Assembly (NCBI GenBank): GCA_043228905.1
Contig: JBHGNT010000002.1
Coordinates: forward strand, 18,848,001-18,912,000
Direction: 5' to 3'
From: Azolla caroliniana
Lineage: Eukaryota > Plantae > Polypodiophyta
Length of the DNA: 64,000 bases
The notes beneath the pieces are model-generated. The model did no database searches. It saw only the letters and a list, made by a program, of their open reading frames with translations, and was not told the origin of the DNA. Both the position numbers and the translations under genes were made by a program. Below are positions 27,228 through 38,400 of this stretch, piece by piece (the stretch's first letter is position 1; each line of letters starts with the position of its first letter).

Positions 27228-27397
27228 CTACTCACTTTTCTCTCTCTTAAAATGAGCAACAACATAAACTGTTTGCCCTAAGTCATATTTATACACATAT
27301 GACTTTCGGGCTATTTACAAATATAGCCTCAAGGGCTCTTAGCAAACATATTCACAAATATGTCCCCGCATCCGGATCTCTCTCCGGGTACATCCGT

Positions 27398-27537
27398 CAT
27401 CCGGCTCCGTAACCGGGGTCTTCAGCATCCGGCTCCGTAACCGGGGTCTTCGTCATCCGGCTCCGTAACCGGGGTCTTCAGCATCCGGCTCCGTAACCGG
27501 GGTCTTCATCATCCGGCTCCGTAACCGGGGTCTTCAT
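27398..27537. repeat. 28-bp x5 tandem array in the H LTR (also 30738-30877)
   Basis: catccggctccgtaaccggggtcttcag units. Confidence 0.95.
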
Positions 27538-27593
27538 CATCCGACATCCGACCATCCCATCCGAAGGGACCGTAATCCCAACAAACTCCCCCT

Positions 27594-29882
27594 TCACTTC
27601 GGCCTGGGATGTCTCTCCAATCCGATCCTCTTCCGGCACGCTTCCAGCTTGTCGGGTGTGAGCACCTTGGTCAGCATATCCGACCCGTTCTCGTCCGTGT
27701 GGATCTTCGTCAGCACGAACTCCTTGTCTTCTATCCTTTCCCGGATCCAGTGATATCTTCGCTGTATGTGCTTCGTCCGGGAGTGATAGGCCGCGTTCTT
27801 CGCAAGGTGGATTGCACTCTGACTGTCACAGTAGAGTCGGTACTCCTCCTGCCGGATACCGAGCTCTCTAATGAAGTCCTTCATCCATATTATTTCCTTG
27901 CCGGCTTCAATAGCCGCCATGTACTCCGCCTCCGTGGTTGACAACGCAACCGTCTTCTGCAGCCTCGACTGCCATGAAACAGCTCCCCCTGCATACGTCA
28001 TCACATACCCTGATGTGGACCGGCTGGTATCTGCATCAGCCGACATATCCGAATCGGTGAAGCCGTCGAGTTCGGGCTTACCGGAGCCGAATCGGAGGCA
28101 CACGTTTGCCGTGCCCTTCAGGTATCGGAGTATCCACTTGGTCGCGTTCCAATGCTCTTTGCCGGGATTGCTCATGTACCGACTCACCACTCCGACTGCG
28201 TATCCAATGTCCGGTCTTGTACACACCATTGCGTACATCAAGCTTCCGACGGCAGAGGCATATGGCACTTTCATCATGTCCTCCTTCTCAGCCTTTGTCT
28301 TGGGGCTTTGCTTGCCGGACAGCTTGCAGTTTGCCGGGAGGGTCGATCTGACCGGTCTTGCTTCCGACATGTTGAACCGTTTAAGCACCTTTGTCACGTA
28401 CTTCTCCTGTGACAGCCACAACTGCTTCTTGCTCCGGTCCCGGATGATGTGCATCCCTAGTATTTGTCTCGCCGGACCCAAGTCCTTCATTGAGAAGGTT
28501 CGGTGAAGAGCCTTCTTCAGCATCCGTATTTTGACCTGGTCTCGTCCGACGATCAACATGTCGTCCACGTACAGGAGGAGTATTAGAAAGTCTCCTCCTT
28601 CGAACTTCTTCACAAACACGCAGTGATCGGACTGCGTTTTGTGGTACCCTTCGTCTGTCATGAAGGAGTCGAACTTCCGGTACCATTGCCGGGGAGCCTG
28701 CTTCAGACCGTAGAGGCTCTTCTTTAACCGGCATACCAGGTGTTCCTTCCCTTTCTTCTCGAATCCTTCCGGTTGCTGCATGTAGATCTCTTCTTCGAGG
28801 TCACCGTGAAGGAATGTCGTCTTCACGTCCATCTGTTCTACCTCGAGGTCCATGCTTGCCGCTATGCTCAGCACCGTTCGGATGGAGGTCATCTTCACTA
28901 CCGGGGCAAATATCTCGTCGAAGTCGACGCCCTTCTTCTGCTGAAACCCCTTCACCACGATCCTGGCTTTGTATCTCGGGGGGTTTCCGGCATCTCCCGG
29001 TTTCAGCTTGAACACCCACTTGTTTCGAAGTGCCCGCTTTCCTTTCGGCAACTCCACAAGTTCATATGTGTGGTTCTCATGCAGGGAATCCATCTCGTCT
29101 TGCATGGCACTCAACCACCTGCGGCTCTGGGTGTCATGCTTTGCTTCTTCAAAGCTCTCCGGCTCCCCCTCGTCGGTTAGCAGCACGTGCTCTGGTTCCG
29201 GAAATCTCCGGGGGGCCCTTCTCTCTCTTAGAGGATATCTCCGTTCCGGAGCTTCGGTAACCGGTTCTTCCGATTCTTCTTCATCCGAATCCATTTTGGG
29301 ATCGGGGCCGGTTCCGGTATCATTTTCATCTTCCTCGACCGGTTCTGTTTCTTCACCGTCTTCGGCCGGATCTTCGAGTGTTAACCGGTCCCTTGCCGGT
29401 TGGGACTGCTCCTCGTAGAGTTTATCCTCACCGGTCGACTTGGAGCTCTTCATCTTCTTCTCCGACTCCCAGTCGGCGAGTGTCTTGTTCTCCATGAAGA
29501 TGATATCACAACTCCGGAATATCTTCTTGTCGACCGGGTCCCATACTCGGTACCCGAACTCGTCATCGCCGTAACCGAGGAATATGCATGGCCGGGTCTT
29601 TGGATCTAGCTTTCCTCTCCGGTCCTTTGCCACATGCACGTATGCGAGACACCCGAACACCTTCAGATGCCGGTAGGATACTTCCCTACCGGTCGACACT
29701 CTCTGCGGCGTGTCCCCGTCCAAAGGTACTGAGGGTGATCTGTTTATCACGTATGTCGCCGTCGACATTGCCTCAACCCAAAACCCCTTGGGTAATTTCG
29801 CATGCGCCAGCATACTCCGGACCCTCTCCATTATGGTCCGGTTCATCCTCTCGGCCAGCCCGTTCAGTTCCGGAGTCTTCGG
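27594..29882 (-). CDS. Element H partial pol (integrase C-half, RT, RNase H)
   Basis: TPELNGLAERMN, YVDDML, ALSTTEAEY, HSRTKHI. Confidence 0.9.
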   Translation of the reverse strand, partial: PKTPELNGLAERMNRTIMERVRSMLAHAKLPKGFWVEAMSTATYVINRSPSVPLDGDTPQRVSTGREVSYRHLKVFGCLAYVHVAKDRRGKLDPKTRPCIFLGYGDDEFGYRVWDPVDKKIFRSCDIIFMENKTLADWESEKKMKSSKSTGEDKLYEEQSQPARDRLTLEDPAEDGEETEPVEEDENDTGTGPDPKMDSDEEESEEPVTEAPERRYPLRERRAPRRFPEPEHVLLTDEGEPESFEEAKHDTQSRRWLSAMQDEMDSLHENHTYELVELPKGKRALRNKWVFKLKPGDAGNPPRYKARIVVKGFQQKKGVDFDEIFAPVVKMTSIRTVLSIAASMDLEVEQMDVKTTFLHGDLEEEIYMQQPEGFEKKGKEHLVCRLKKSLYGLKQAPRQWYRKFDSFMTDEGYHKTQSDHCVFVKKFEGGDFLILLLYVDDMLIVGRDQVKIRMLKKALHRTFSMKDLGPARQILGMHIIRDRSKKQLWLSQEKYVTKVLKRFNMSEARPVRSTLPANCKLSGKQSPKTKAEKEDMMKVPYASAVGSLMYAMVCTRPDIGYAVGVVSRYMSNPGKEHWNATKWILRYLKGTANVCLRFGSGKPELDGFTDSDMSADADTSRSTSGYVMTYAGGAVSWQSRLQKTVALSTTEAEYMAAIEAGKEIIWMKDFIRELGIRQEEYRLYCDSQSAIHLAKNAAYHSRTKHIQRRYHWIRERIEDKEFVLTKIHTDENGSDMLTKVLTPDKLEACRKRIGLERHPRPK

Positions 29883-30260
29883 TGTCGTGCCTTTCGGCTC
29901 CGGATCGTTGCGTGAGTCGGGTGGGAACCGCCGAGGTTTTGGACTAGGAGAAAGAAGAATATGAGATGAGGCTAGTAATGAATAGATTATTAGAAAGAGA
30001 GATAGAAATTTCGTGAATCCCACGAGTGTATTGTATTCGATTAATCAATATTTAGATAAGAATATGTATTTAGATTGAAAGAAAGATATAAGAAACTTGT
30101 GAATCCCACAAGTATAGATTATATTATTTTCGTGAATCCCACGATTATATTAATCGGTTGGTGTTTTCGGAAATATATCCAATTTCCAAATATTTCACAC
30201 ACCTATTACATTGTGCTCCCCATCCTTATGTAGTGATGGGAGAGACTAAGCATAGCTACA
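29883..30260. mobile_element. Fragment of an unrelated element (probable truncated LTR) inside H
   Basis: Starts TGTCGTG exactly where identity with element F stops; repeated gtgaatcccac motifs. Confidence 0.55.
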
Positions 30261-30536
30261 TGCTAGTTCCTGTAGTAAAACAGTGCTCGGCCACAACCGA
30301 GGAATAGGATCAACTTTCAGAAAACAGGAAATACAAAATGCACGAAGTACAATAGAGAGAAGAGTACACGGGATGTTTTACGTGGAAAACCCTAACGGGG
30401 GAAAAACCACGGGAGTCCTCAAACTCCAACTATCACTATAGACAGAGATGTACAATGGTGAAGCTACAAGGCAACAACCTTGAGCTCACTGTCTTCGCCA
30501 CAGGCGGCGGCAGTACACAGAGGCAACGACCTCTTC

Positions 30537-30567
<31 letters not shown>

Positions 30568-31874
30568 CTACTCACTTTTCTCTCTCTCAAAATGAGCAAC
30601 AACATAAACTGTTTGCCCTAAGTCATATTTATACACATATGACTTTCGGGCTATTTACAAATATAGCCTCAAGGGCTCTTAGCAAACATATTCACAAATA
30701 TGTCCCCGCATCCGGATCTCTCTCCGGGTACATCCGTCATCCGGCTCCGTAACCGGGGTCTTCAGCATCTGGCTCCGTAACCGGGGTCTTCGTCATCCGG
30801 CTCCGTAACCGGGGTCTTCAGCATCCGGCTCCGTAACCGGGGTCTTCATCATCCGGCTCCGTAACCGGGGTCTTCATCATCCGACATCCGACCATCCCAT
30901 CCGAAGGGACCGTAATCCCAACAGTTCCCGATGGACTTCGACTAGGGCCGTGTTTAATCAGGGTATCTCCATCCCCACTTGGCGTACCCCGGCGTTCCTC
31001 TGTCTGCCGACCCTGGCTAACCGGTCCTCATCGTCGCTTTCCGTTGTTTGTGTTAGGGCACGCTCAATCATCTGGCGTTCCGTATGCTCTTTGGCCATTC
31101 ATTGGGCGGCTTTTACCTGTTGTATTGCCAGGAACTCCATGAGCTCAAAAGAAGTGCCGAACTGTAAGAGGGCGTTGAACTCATGGGCCGTATCCAGGAT
31201 ATCCGGATATGCCAAAACCTCACTTTCCGCCGTCAATACGGCTTTCCCTCATTTGGGACTGGGTCGTAATGATCGGTCATGGCTCCTCAATGATTTCGAA
31301 GGTGGTATTGGGTTCCGTAGCTGCGGAGCCATCGCCTTCGGTCGGTGTTTCTGTCACCGTGGGTACGTTTTTGACCAACCCCCGCCCATCTTTCTTGTCC
31401 AATCTACGTCGTTTCGGTTTGGGGCTATCCTGCCGTGTTTCAGTGTCTTGCTCTGGGGCTGCTTCCATGGAACGTGCCGGCTGTTCCTCCTGCGTTGTCC
31501 TTGTATCTGGCTGGTCGGTAGGTGGTGTTGTCCTTGGGTCAAGTTGGGCGGGTTGGGGTTCCTCTTCCCACTCTAGGGCCGATAACTCCGCTAACCTGTA
31601 CTTCGCAGATTGGGGCGGGGGCGTGGGCTGGCTGGGTTGCGGTGCCGGCAGGCCTCAGGGTGGAAATAGTACCGTAAGGTACTGTTGTATGATCGGCCTG
31701 AGCTTTTTTCCTACCTGGTACGCATGCAGGCCTTCCCTTAACGCCGGCCCCGTGATGACCCCCAATCGACCGCGTGCCCCTCAAAGGTATCGATAATGAT
31801 GCCTGCCTTCTGCTTAGGCATCCCATATGCGTTGACATGGACGCAACTGACTTCTAGCAGGAACTTCGCAACTT

Positions 31875-34835
31875 TGTTATAGGTTTTAGGGTTAGGGTCA
31901 AGGATGATAATCATGATAAAGATAGACATGGTGGTCATGATGAGGATGATGAAGAGCATGATGATGAGAGATCGTATAGAGAAGCATAGAGAAGCATTGC
32001 GGGGTGGGGGGTGGTGCCTAGAATGGCTCCACCCCCCTCCCAAGGGGATTCAACGTTGAGGGGGAGAGAGAGAGAGAAAGAGGGATGACAAGAGAGAGAT
32101 TAGGAGAGAAATGGTTCATTCTTCATTCATTCCCCATAAGGGGTTAAATAGTACAAGAGGGGGTAGTTACAAAGGGGTGTAAGCCCCATAGAGCATTCAT
32201 ACTGGACACTCACTCACACCTCATCGTATCCCTCCACATGCACACACGTGTGCATGTGTTCACATACATATCAACTCACAATTACATTTATGTTCCCTAC
32301 ACATATACAACATCATCATGATAATATTCGACCCTCGCTCATCACACTTGACTCTCCGTACAACTCGTACAGGGTAACACATATGGCACGCCCGTGGGAA
32401 AGTGCGTTGCACGTCGATCCCACATGCCTTGATGATGATATTTCTTCGACCGGAACTTCCATCGGTCCTTTCAACGATCGACTCCCTCGATCGGAATGCT
32501 TGACTCGAACATCTTTGTCGGTCAACAAATTGTCCGCGACACAACATTCTCGTTTTGTCGGCTTACGAACTTCGTCATGGGTCCAAAATCATGTCGTATG
32601 TATGTGTGTTCTTCCTTTGTTTTGAGTGTGTGTGAGTAGTCTTGGGGATTTTCAAAATTCTAGTGGTGCCCTCTTATTTTTTAAAATTTTGATATGTACC
32701 CTTGAGGTTTCACAATTTCATTCAGCACCCTCAAGGTTTCAATATTTGTTACATGCCCCCCCCTTTTTTTTCTTCTTTTTCTCTCTGTTTTCAATTTTAT
32801 TCTAGGTTTTTCTCTTTATTTCTTCTTCTTGCTCTTGTATCTCTGTCTCTCTCGTGCTCACGTCTGTCTCTGTATGCCTTTCTCTTCTTCGATTTTCTTC
32901 TTTCTCTTCTTTTTCTCTCTTTCTTCTTCTTTTCTGTCTTTCTTCTCCGTCTCTCCATGTCTTCCATGACTTCTTCCATTTTTCCTCTCTTTCTTTCTCT
33001 TCTTCTCTGTTTGTGCTGCTCCATCCTTTCTTCTCCTTCATTCTTTTTTCTTCCTTTTGCACTATTTCTCCTCGTTCTATGCCTGTTTTTGCTTCCTCTC
33101 CTTCTGAAGCTCCATAGTATCCATCCCTCGGCGCCAGTCGCCGTCTGTCTCTGCCTCTGCAACCGTCTCTATGCGGCCACTGTCCGGCGTCATCGTCTTT
33201 ATTAGCCCTATCCGGCCTATCTCTATTCCGGCCGTCGATCCGGCCGCTGTTCACCCTTCTATTCGTCCAATGTCTCTATCCAGCCCTTTCGGTTGCCTCT
33301 CCGTCACTTTGGCCATCTCCTAGCTGTTGTTGTCCGTTGTCCGGCCGTTGTTTGGTCGTTATCGTCAGACATCTTCGTCGTCCTGCCGGCTCTGTCTGAC
33401 TCCCGCCACCATTTCCGACCGTTGCTGTTTGGCCGTCTCTGTTTTCCGTCGTCCTCCGACACCGTCTGTCTTCCTGGCGGCCTGTCTGCTTCCCCGGCCT
33501 TGTCTGGTCCTCCGGCCGCTCCGGCCGCTCCAGCCACTGTCTGGCTATTCCGACTGGTTTCCGGCCCTTCCGGCAGCTTTTTCTGCCGTCTGGCCCGTCG
33601 TTTCATTGTCATTCGGCGTCTCGTCTGCTGTTCGACCTAGGGTTTGCTCATGGCTTTTGGGGTCTCTGGCCCTTTCCGTCTCTGTCCGGCTGTATCTCCG
33701 ACAGAAACCGTTTTCATCTCTCGTTGTCTTCGTCTGGCGCCCTGAGCCTTTTGTCCGTCAATGTTGTTGTCGAGTCACCCTCGTTGGTCCTGCTGTCTTT
33801 GCATGTGTGTGTTTGTTGTGATGTCCCTTTTTCTGGTTGTCGATGTTTGGTCCACGTCTGCATCTTCTTCTCTGTCTTCGATGCCCCTTCGGTGATAACC
33901 AACTTTGGTTCTTGTTCCGATTCCGGTTCCACTCTCTTTGCGTTGTTTCTTCTGGAACCATAGCCCATGCATTCGCAGCACATCCTGCCGGCCTCCGCTC
34001 CACACACTGCGTCTTCCACCGCAGTCTTCAGGTGGGCTTCTCTTACCGGTCGTGCTGGCACCGGTTCCCTCTGCGTCGCTGTTTTTCCAGCCGTGCATCT
34101 TGCACCACGCATTCGAACACGCACATTGTCACTAACCGCATTCGGAAACACGTACATGAACACCAATCGCAACCTTGCACAAACATCGTTTCCATTCATG
34201 AATTCTTTCATCGCATTGTCATTTCCTGCACTCACACAAATATGTCGCTATGGCCTTCGCTACTTCATCACCGCGTATCATTCTTTGACTCCGTTTCCAA
34301 AGGGGGGTCGCCGTAGTGGTCGCCAAAAGGTGTTATAGGTTTTAGGGTTAGGGTCAAGGATGATAATCATGATAAAGATAGACATGGTGGTCATGATGAG
34401 GATGATGAAGAGCATGATGATGAGAGATCGTATAGAGAAGCATAGAGAAGCATTGCGGGGTGGGGGGTGGTGCCTAGAATGGCTCCACCCCCCTCCCAAG
34501 GGGATTCAACGTTGAGGGGGAGAGAGAGAGAGAAAGAGGGATGACAAGAGAGAGATTAGGAGAGAAATGGTTCATTCTTCATTCATTCCCCATAAGGGGT
34601 TAAATAGTACAAGAGGGGGTAGTTACAAAGGGGTGTAAGCCCCATAGAGCATTCATACTGGACACTCACTCACACCTCATCGTATCCCTCCACATGCACA
34701 CACGTGTGCATGTGTTCACATACATATCAACTCACAATTACATTTATGTTCCCTACACATATACAACATCATCATGATAATATTCGACCCTCGCTCATCA
34801 CACTTGACTCTCCGTACAACTCGTACGGGGTAACA
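31875..34835 (-). mobile_element. Element G: non-autonomous LTR retroelement (2961 bp); LTRs 31875-32379 and 34331-34835; TSD AACTT
   Basis: 505-bp near-identical LTRs (1 difference seen); low-complexity non-coding interior; strand inferred from TATA-like tatttaa and CT tract; element certain, orientation less so. Confidence 0.9.
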
Positions 34836-35464
34836 AACTTCATAGAAGAAGGGATCCAGAATCTGCTTGGTTCTATAGGCCTTGGCGGAGGAGGAATATG
34901 GCCCGAAATATCGTTGCAGCGCCTCTGCAGGAGGGATGTCGAAATGCCTTTCGCCTAGCGATGACAGGTCCAACTTCTTCTGGATGGAGGAGTTGGTGAC
35001 CGTGTCGATGTTTAGCTTCGTGGCGATGTCCATGGCATCCGGGTGTGGGGGTGCTTCTGCAACCCGGATGTACCCATCCAGGCATTTCTCCACGAGCCAT
35101 CAGCGTAAGGCAGTAGAGATGAAGATCGTCATCGCCAGAGGAGGTTCGTGGGAAGGAGACTGGTGGTTGCGGCGGGTTGTAGCTATGTGATAGGATGGAG
35201 GAGAAGGTGAGGGGGAGGAGCGATGGAAGCGCTGATAGCTAGAAGATGAGTTTCTGTTTTGTGCAGGAAATCTTCTGTTTCCTTCTTTTTGTGGCTTAGG
35301 GTTCATTGGGTGGTGAGCCATCGTGGTGCCGCATGTTCTTGAACTAGGTGTTTGTGTATGTCTTTAGTCGTTTTAATAGTCGCTATCTTCTCCGTTTTTT
35401 TTTTTTTTTTTCATAACGGTTATCTACAACCTATTTTTACATTATGGTACAAGTGGGGCAGGTC

Positions 35465-38400
35465 ACTTACGGTACGGGTTCTCCGGCTCTGTCTTGTTCG
35501 ACGGTGAATGGGTTAGGTGGCATAGGGCCCAGGTAAGGTTTGAGCTGAAACCCATTCACCTTTTGCCAGACTACTTCCCCGACCAACGTACCTAGTTGGA
35601 ACGTGCCTTGTTCCGCTCCAATTATCCATTATAGGCCGGTCCAACGGAATCGTAACTTCCCCAGCATATGGCCCATGCAAGTTTGGAAAACCAGCACTGC
35701 TGGACCCACGGAGAACTCCTTTTCCCTTGCGTTCCGATGTCGATCCACAAACGCTTTACACCGTTGTTGTTCCTATTCCAAAATAGCCATGCTGTGGACA
35801 CATTTTTCCCCTAGTTCAAGGAGTTGGTGGAGTCCGACTTGGCTTCTGATAGTCGGTTCCGTACCTAAATTCGCAAACTAGGTACCTGAAATTCGACCGG
35901 CATCACAGCCTCAAGTCCAAACGCTAGTCGAAATGGTGTTGACTGTATGCTTGTTTTGTAGCTGGTTCTGTACGCCCATAACGCACTCTGTAGTTTGGTA
36001 TCCTAGTCCGTTCTATTTTCATTGGCGATTTTCTTCAAAATGGTCTGCAACGTCTTGTTGGTGGATTCTGCTAATCCATTTGCCTGGGGATAATATGGCG
36101 TACTCTTCTTATGGACTACGGCATAATGATGTGTTAATTCTCGAACAACCGTATTGAGAAAGTGGCTCCCCTGGTCATTGATAAGCTCAATCGGACACCC
36201 GAACCGGCACCAGATGTGCTAGTAAAGAAATCTGGCTGTGACGGCCGCCGTATTTTCACGTAGTGCCTTTGCTTCTACCCATTTTGTGCAATAATTTGTG
36301 GCTACCAATATGTATTTATTGCTAGTATGGGCTGCCGCCGGTGTGAAGGGCCCCACAAAATCCAATCCCCAATTTTGGAAGGGGTCTAGCGGTAATACGG
36401 GCTGGTGTGGCATCCTTGCGCCCTCTGCGGGTTGTCCCATCCGTTGACACAGATCACACTTTCTACAATACGCGGATGCGTCCTTCTGCGTTGTTGGCCA
36501 CCATAGGCCCGCCTGCCATACTTTCTGGGCTGTAACGTCGCCCACGTAATGGCCGCCTGCCGTGCCGCAGTGTGCCTCCCGTAAAACAGCTTCCTTCTCA
36601 TCCTGCCGTACCCCACGTCGCCAAATGCCGTCACTTCCTTTGTGATATAAAATGCCTTCGACGAGGCAGAAGTGACGGCTTCGGGCGGCTAGTCGTTTCT
36701 TCTCGTCCGTGTGTAATTGTGGTGGAGGCAGTCCCGTAGTCAAAAAGTACGTCATTTCCAAAAGCCACCGGTGCGGAAAGATCGATTCCATTCTTTTTGC
36801 TAGTGTCGCTACCCGTAGGATATCGGCGTCCGGAAAATCGTCGTCATCTTTTTGTATTGTTTCTCCATTCTCGAGTCTACTCAAAAAATCCGCCATTGCG
36901 TGTTGCGTCCTTGGTCGGTGTTGGATTACAAAATAGAATTCCTGGAGCAGCAACATCCACCGCGCCAATTTCCCTGTCAGGGCTTGTTTCTCCACCAAAT
37001 ACAGTAGCTTCGAATGATCCACGTGGAACGTGAATTTCCTTCCTAATAAATAGTGCCGGAATTTATTGATGCTATAGATCATCCCTAGCGCCTCCCGCTC
37101 CGTTGTGGAGTAGTTACGCTCTGCTGTTGATAATTTGCGACTAGCGTAGTATACTGGCTGATACTAGCTTGGTTCAGTGAGCTACATTAGTGCACTTCCT
37201 ATTGCTATGTCCGAGGCATCGACGAACATGTGGAATGGCTTCGCCCAAACTGGTGGTTGTACGACGGGAGCCTGTGTGAGCATTATCTTAAGTGCCTCGT
37301 AGGCCTTATCCTCCGTTGCAGTCCATTGGAAAGGAGTCCGATGTACGGCAGCGTGTAATGGTGTGGCGAAGTCCGCCAAATACCGTATCATCCGACTATG
37401 CCACCGTATTTGTCCCAAAAACTGGCTGAGTGATTTGGCGGTTGTCTGAGTGTTGGCTTGCGTAATCGCGGAGATTTTGTTCGGGTCAACAATTGTTCCC
37501 TCCTTGCTGACTATATGGCCCAGGAGAGTCCCGCTGGTCACGCCGAAAGCACATTTCGCGGGATTCAGGCTTAAGCGTGCCGTGCGGCCACGTTCCAGGC
37601 ACAGTTGTAAGTATGAAAAATGGTCTATTGTTCTCCCATATACCGCAAAGTCGTCTAAAAAAACTTGCATGAACACCAGAATGTATTCCCCAAAGATCTC
37701 CGTAATTGTCGGCGCCGTCTTTAGCCTGAACATCATGACGACTGCCACATATACTCCCCACTCTGTGACAAATGCCGTCTTTTCTTGGTCCTCAGGATGC
37801 ATGCGTACCTGGTTATAGCCACTGAAGCCATCTAAAAAATTGTACATCTCATGTCCTACGACGGCGTCTAGTACGCTATCGGTGAAGGGTAAGGGAAATG
37901 CGTCCGTAATGGTGACGACGTTTAATTTTCGGTAATCTACGCATACCCGTATTTTGTCGTTTTTCTTTGGAATGACCACTATCGGGCTTAACCATGTCGC
38001 TTGTTTAACTGGTCGTATGAACCCCGCCTTCAGGAGCTTGTCAATTTCTTCTTTCACGCGGGTCGTGTAGTTCGGGATCATGCGGTAGCGGCGCTGCTGG
38101 ACGGGTTTCGCGTCGGTTGCTAAATTGATCTTATGCTGATAGAACTTGGGATCTAACCCCTTCATGTCCTTGTGAGCCCAAGTGAACACATCCTTATATT
38201 CCGTGAGTAGTGCGATCATCGTGTTTCGCTGGTCCGGCCTTAATTCCTTTGCGATGGAGAGGAAACGAGGCTTCGATTCCATACCCATATTTACTTCTTC
38301 GAGGGCGGAAGCAGTGATTCGTTGTGAAATCTCCATTTCCCTTTCGAATGTCACCCGTGCTCTGCTGAGTTCCAATATGGACTCTGGGTTTGGTTCGTAA

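Larger units (their letters stand above)
26931..30923 (-). mobile_element. Element H: Tork-like copia lacking gag, PR and PBS; LTRs 26931-27583 and 30271-30923; TSD GTTCC
   Basis: 653-bp LTRs with ~2 differences; PPT next to the left LTR; open INT(part)-RT-RH frame 29882-27594. Confidence 0.93.
25475..35321 (-). pseudogene. Element B extra ORF downstream of pol (~960 codons in pieces 35321-34841, 31874-30929, 26930-25475); coiled-coil with acidic/Pro-rich tail
   Basis: Frame rejoins across G (FFYEV|AKFLLEV) and H (EVHRE|LAKVNTG); ORFs 26093-26695 and 25475-26014. Confidence 0.75.

Noticed and set aside
27398-27537. 28-bp repeats of CRISPR-like size
   Set aside because: Head-to-tail with no spacers, inside an LTR, no cas genes, eukaryotic context
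29883-30023. Hydrophobic signal-peptide-like N-terminus on the 809-aa ORF (possible env-like fusion)
   Set aside because: Chance read-through from the foreign fragment into truncated pol; the start codon is not ATG
31882-31897. TTTTAGGGTTAGGG as interstitial telomere
   Set aside because: Only two units and part of both G LTRs
32702-33821. Long Leu/Phe/Ser-rich and Arg/Glu/Lys-rich ORFs in G
   Set aside because: Products of CT/GA low-complexity sequence, no domain motifs
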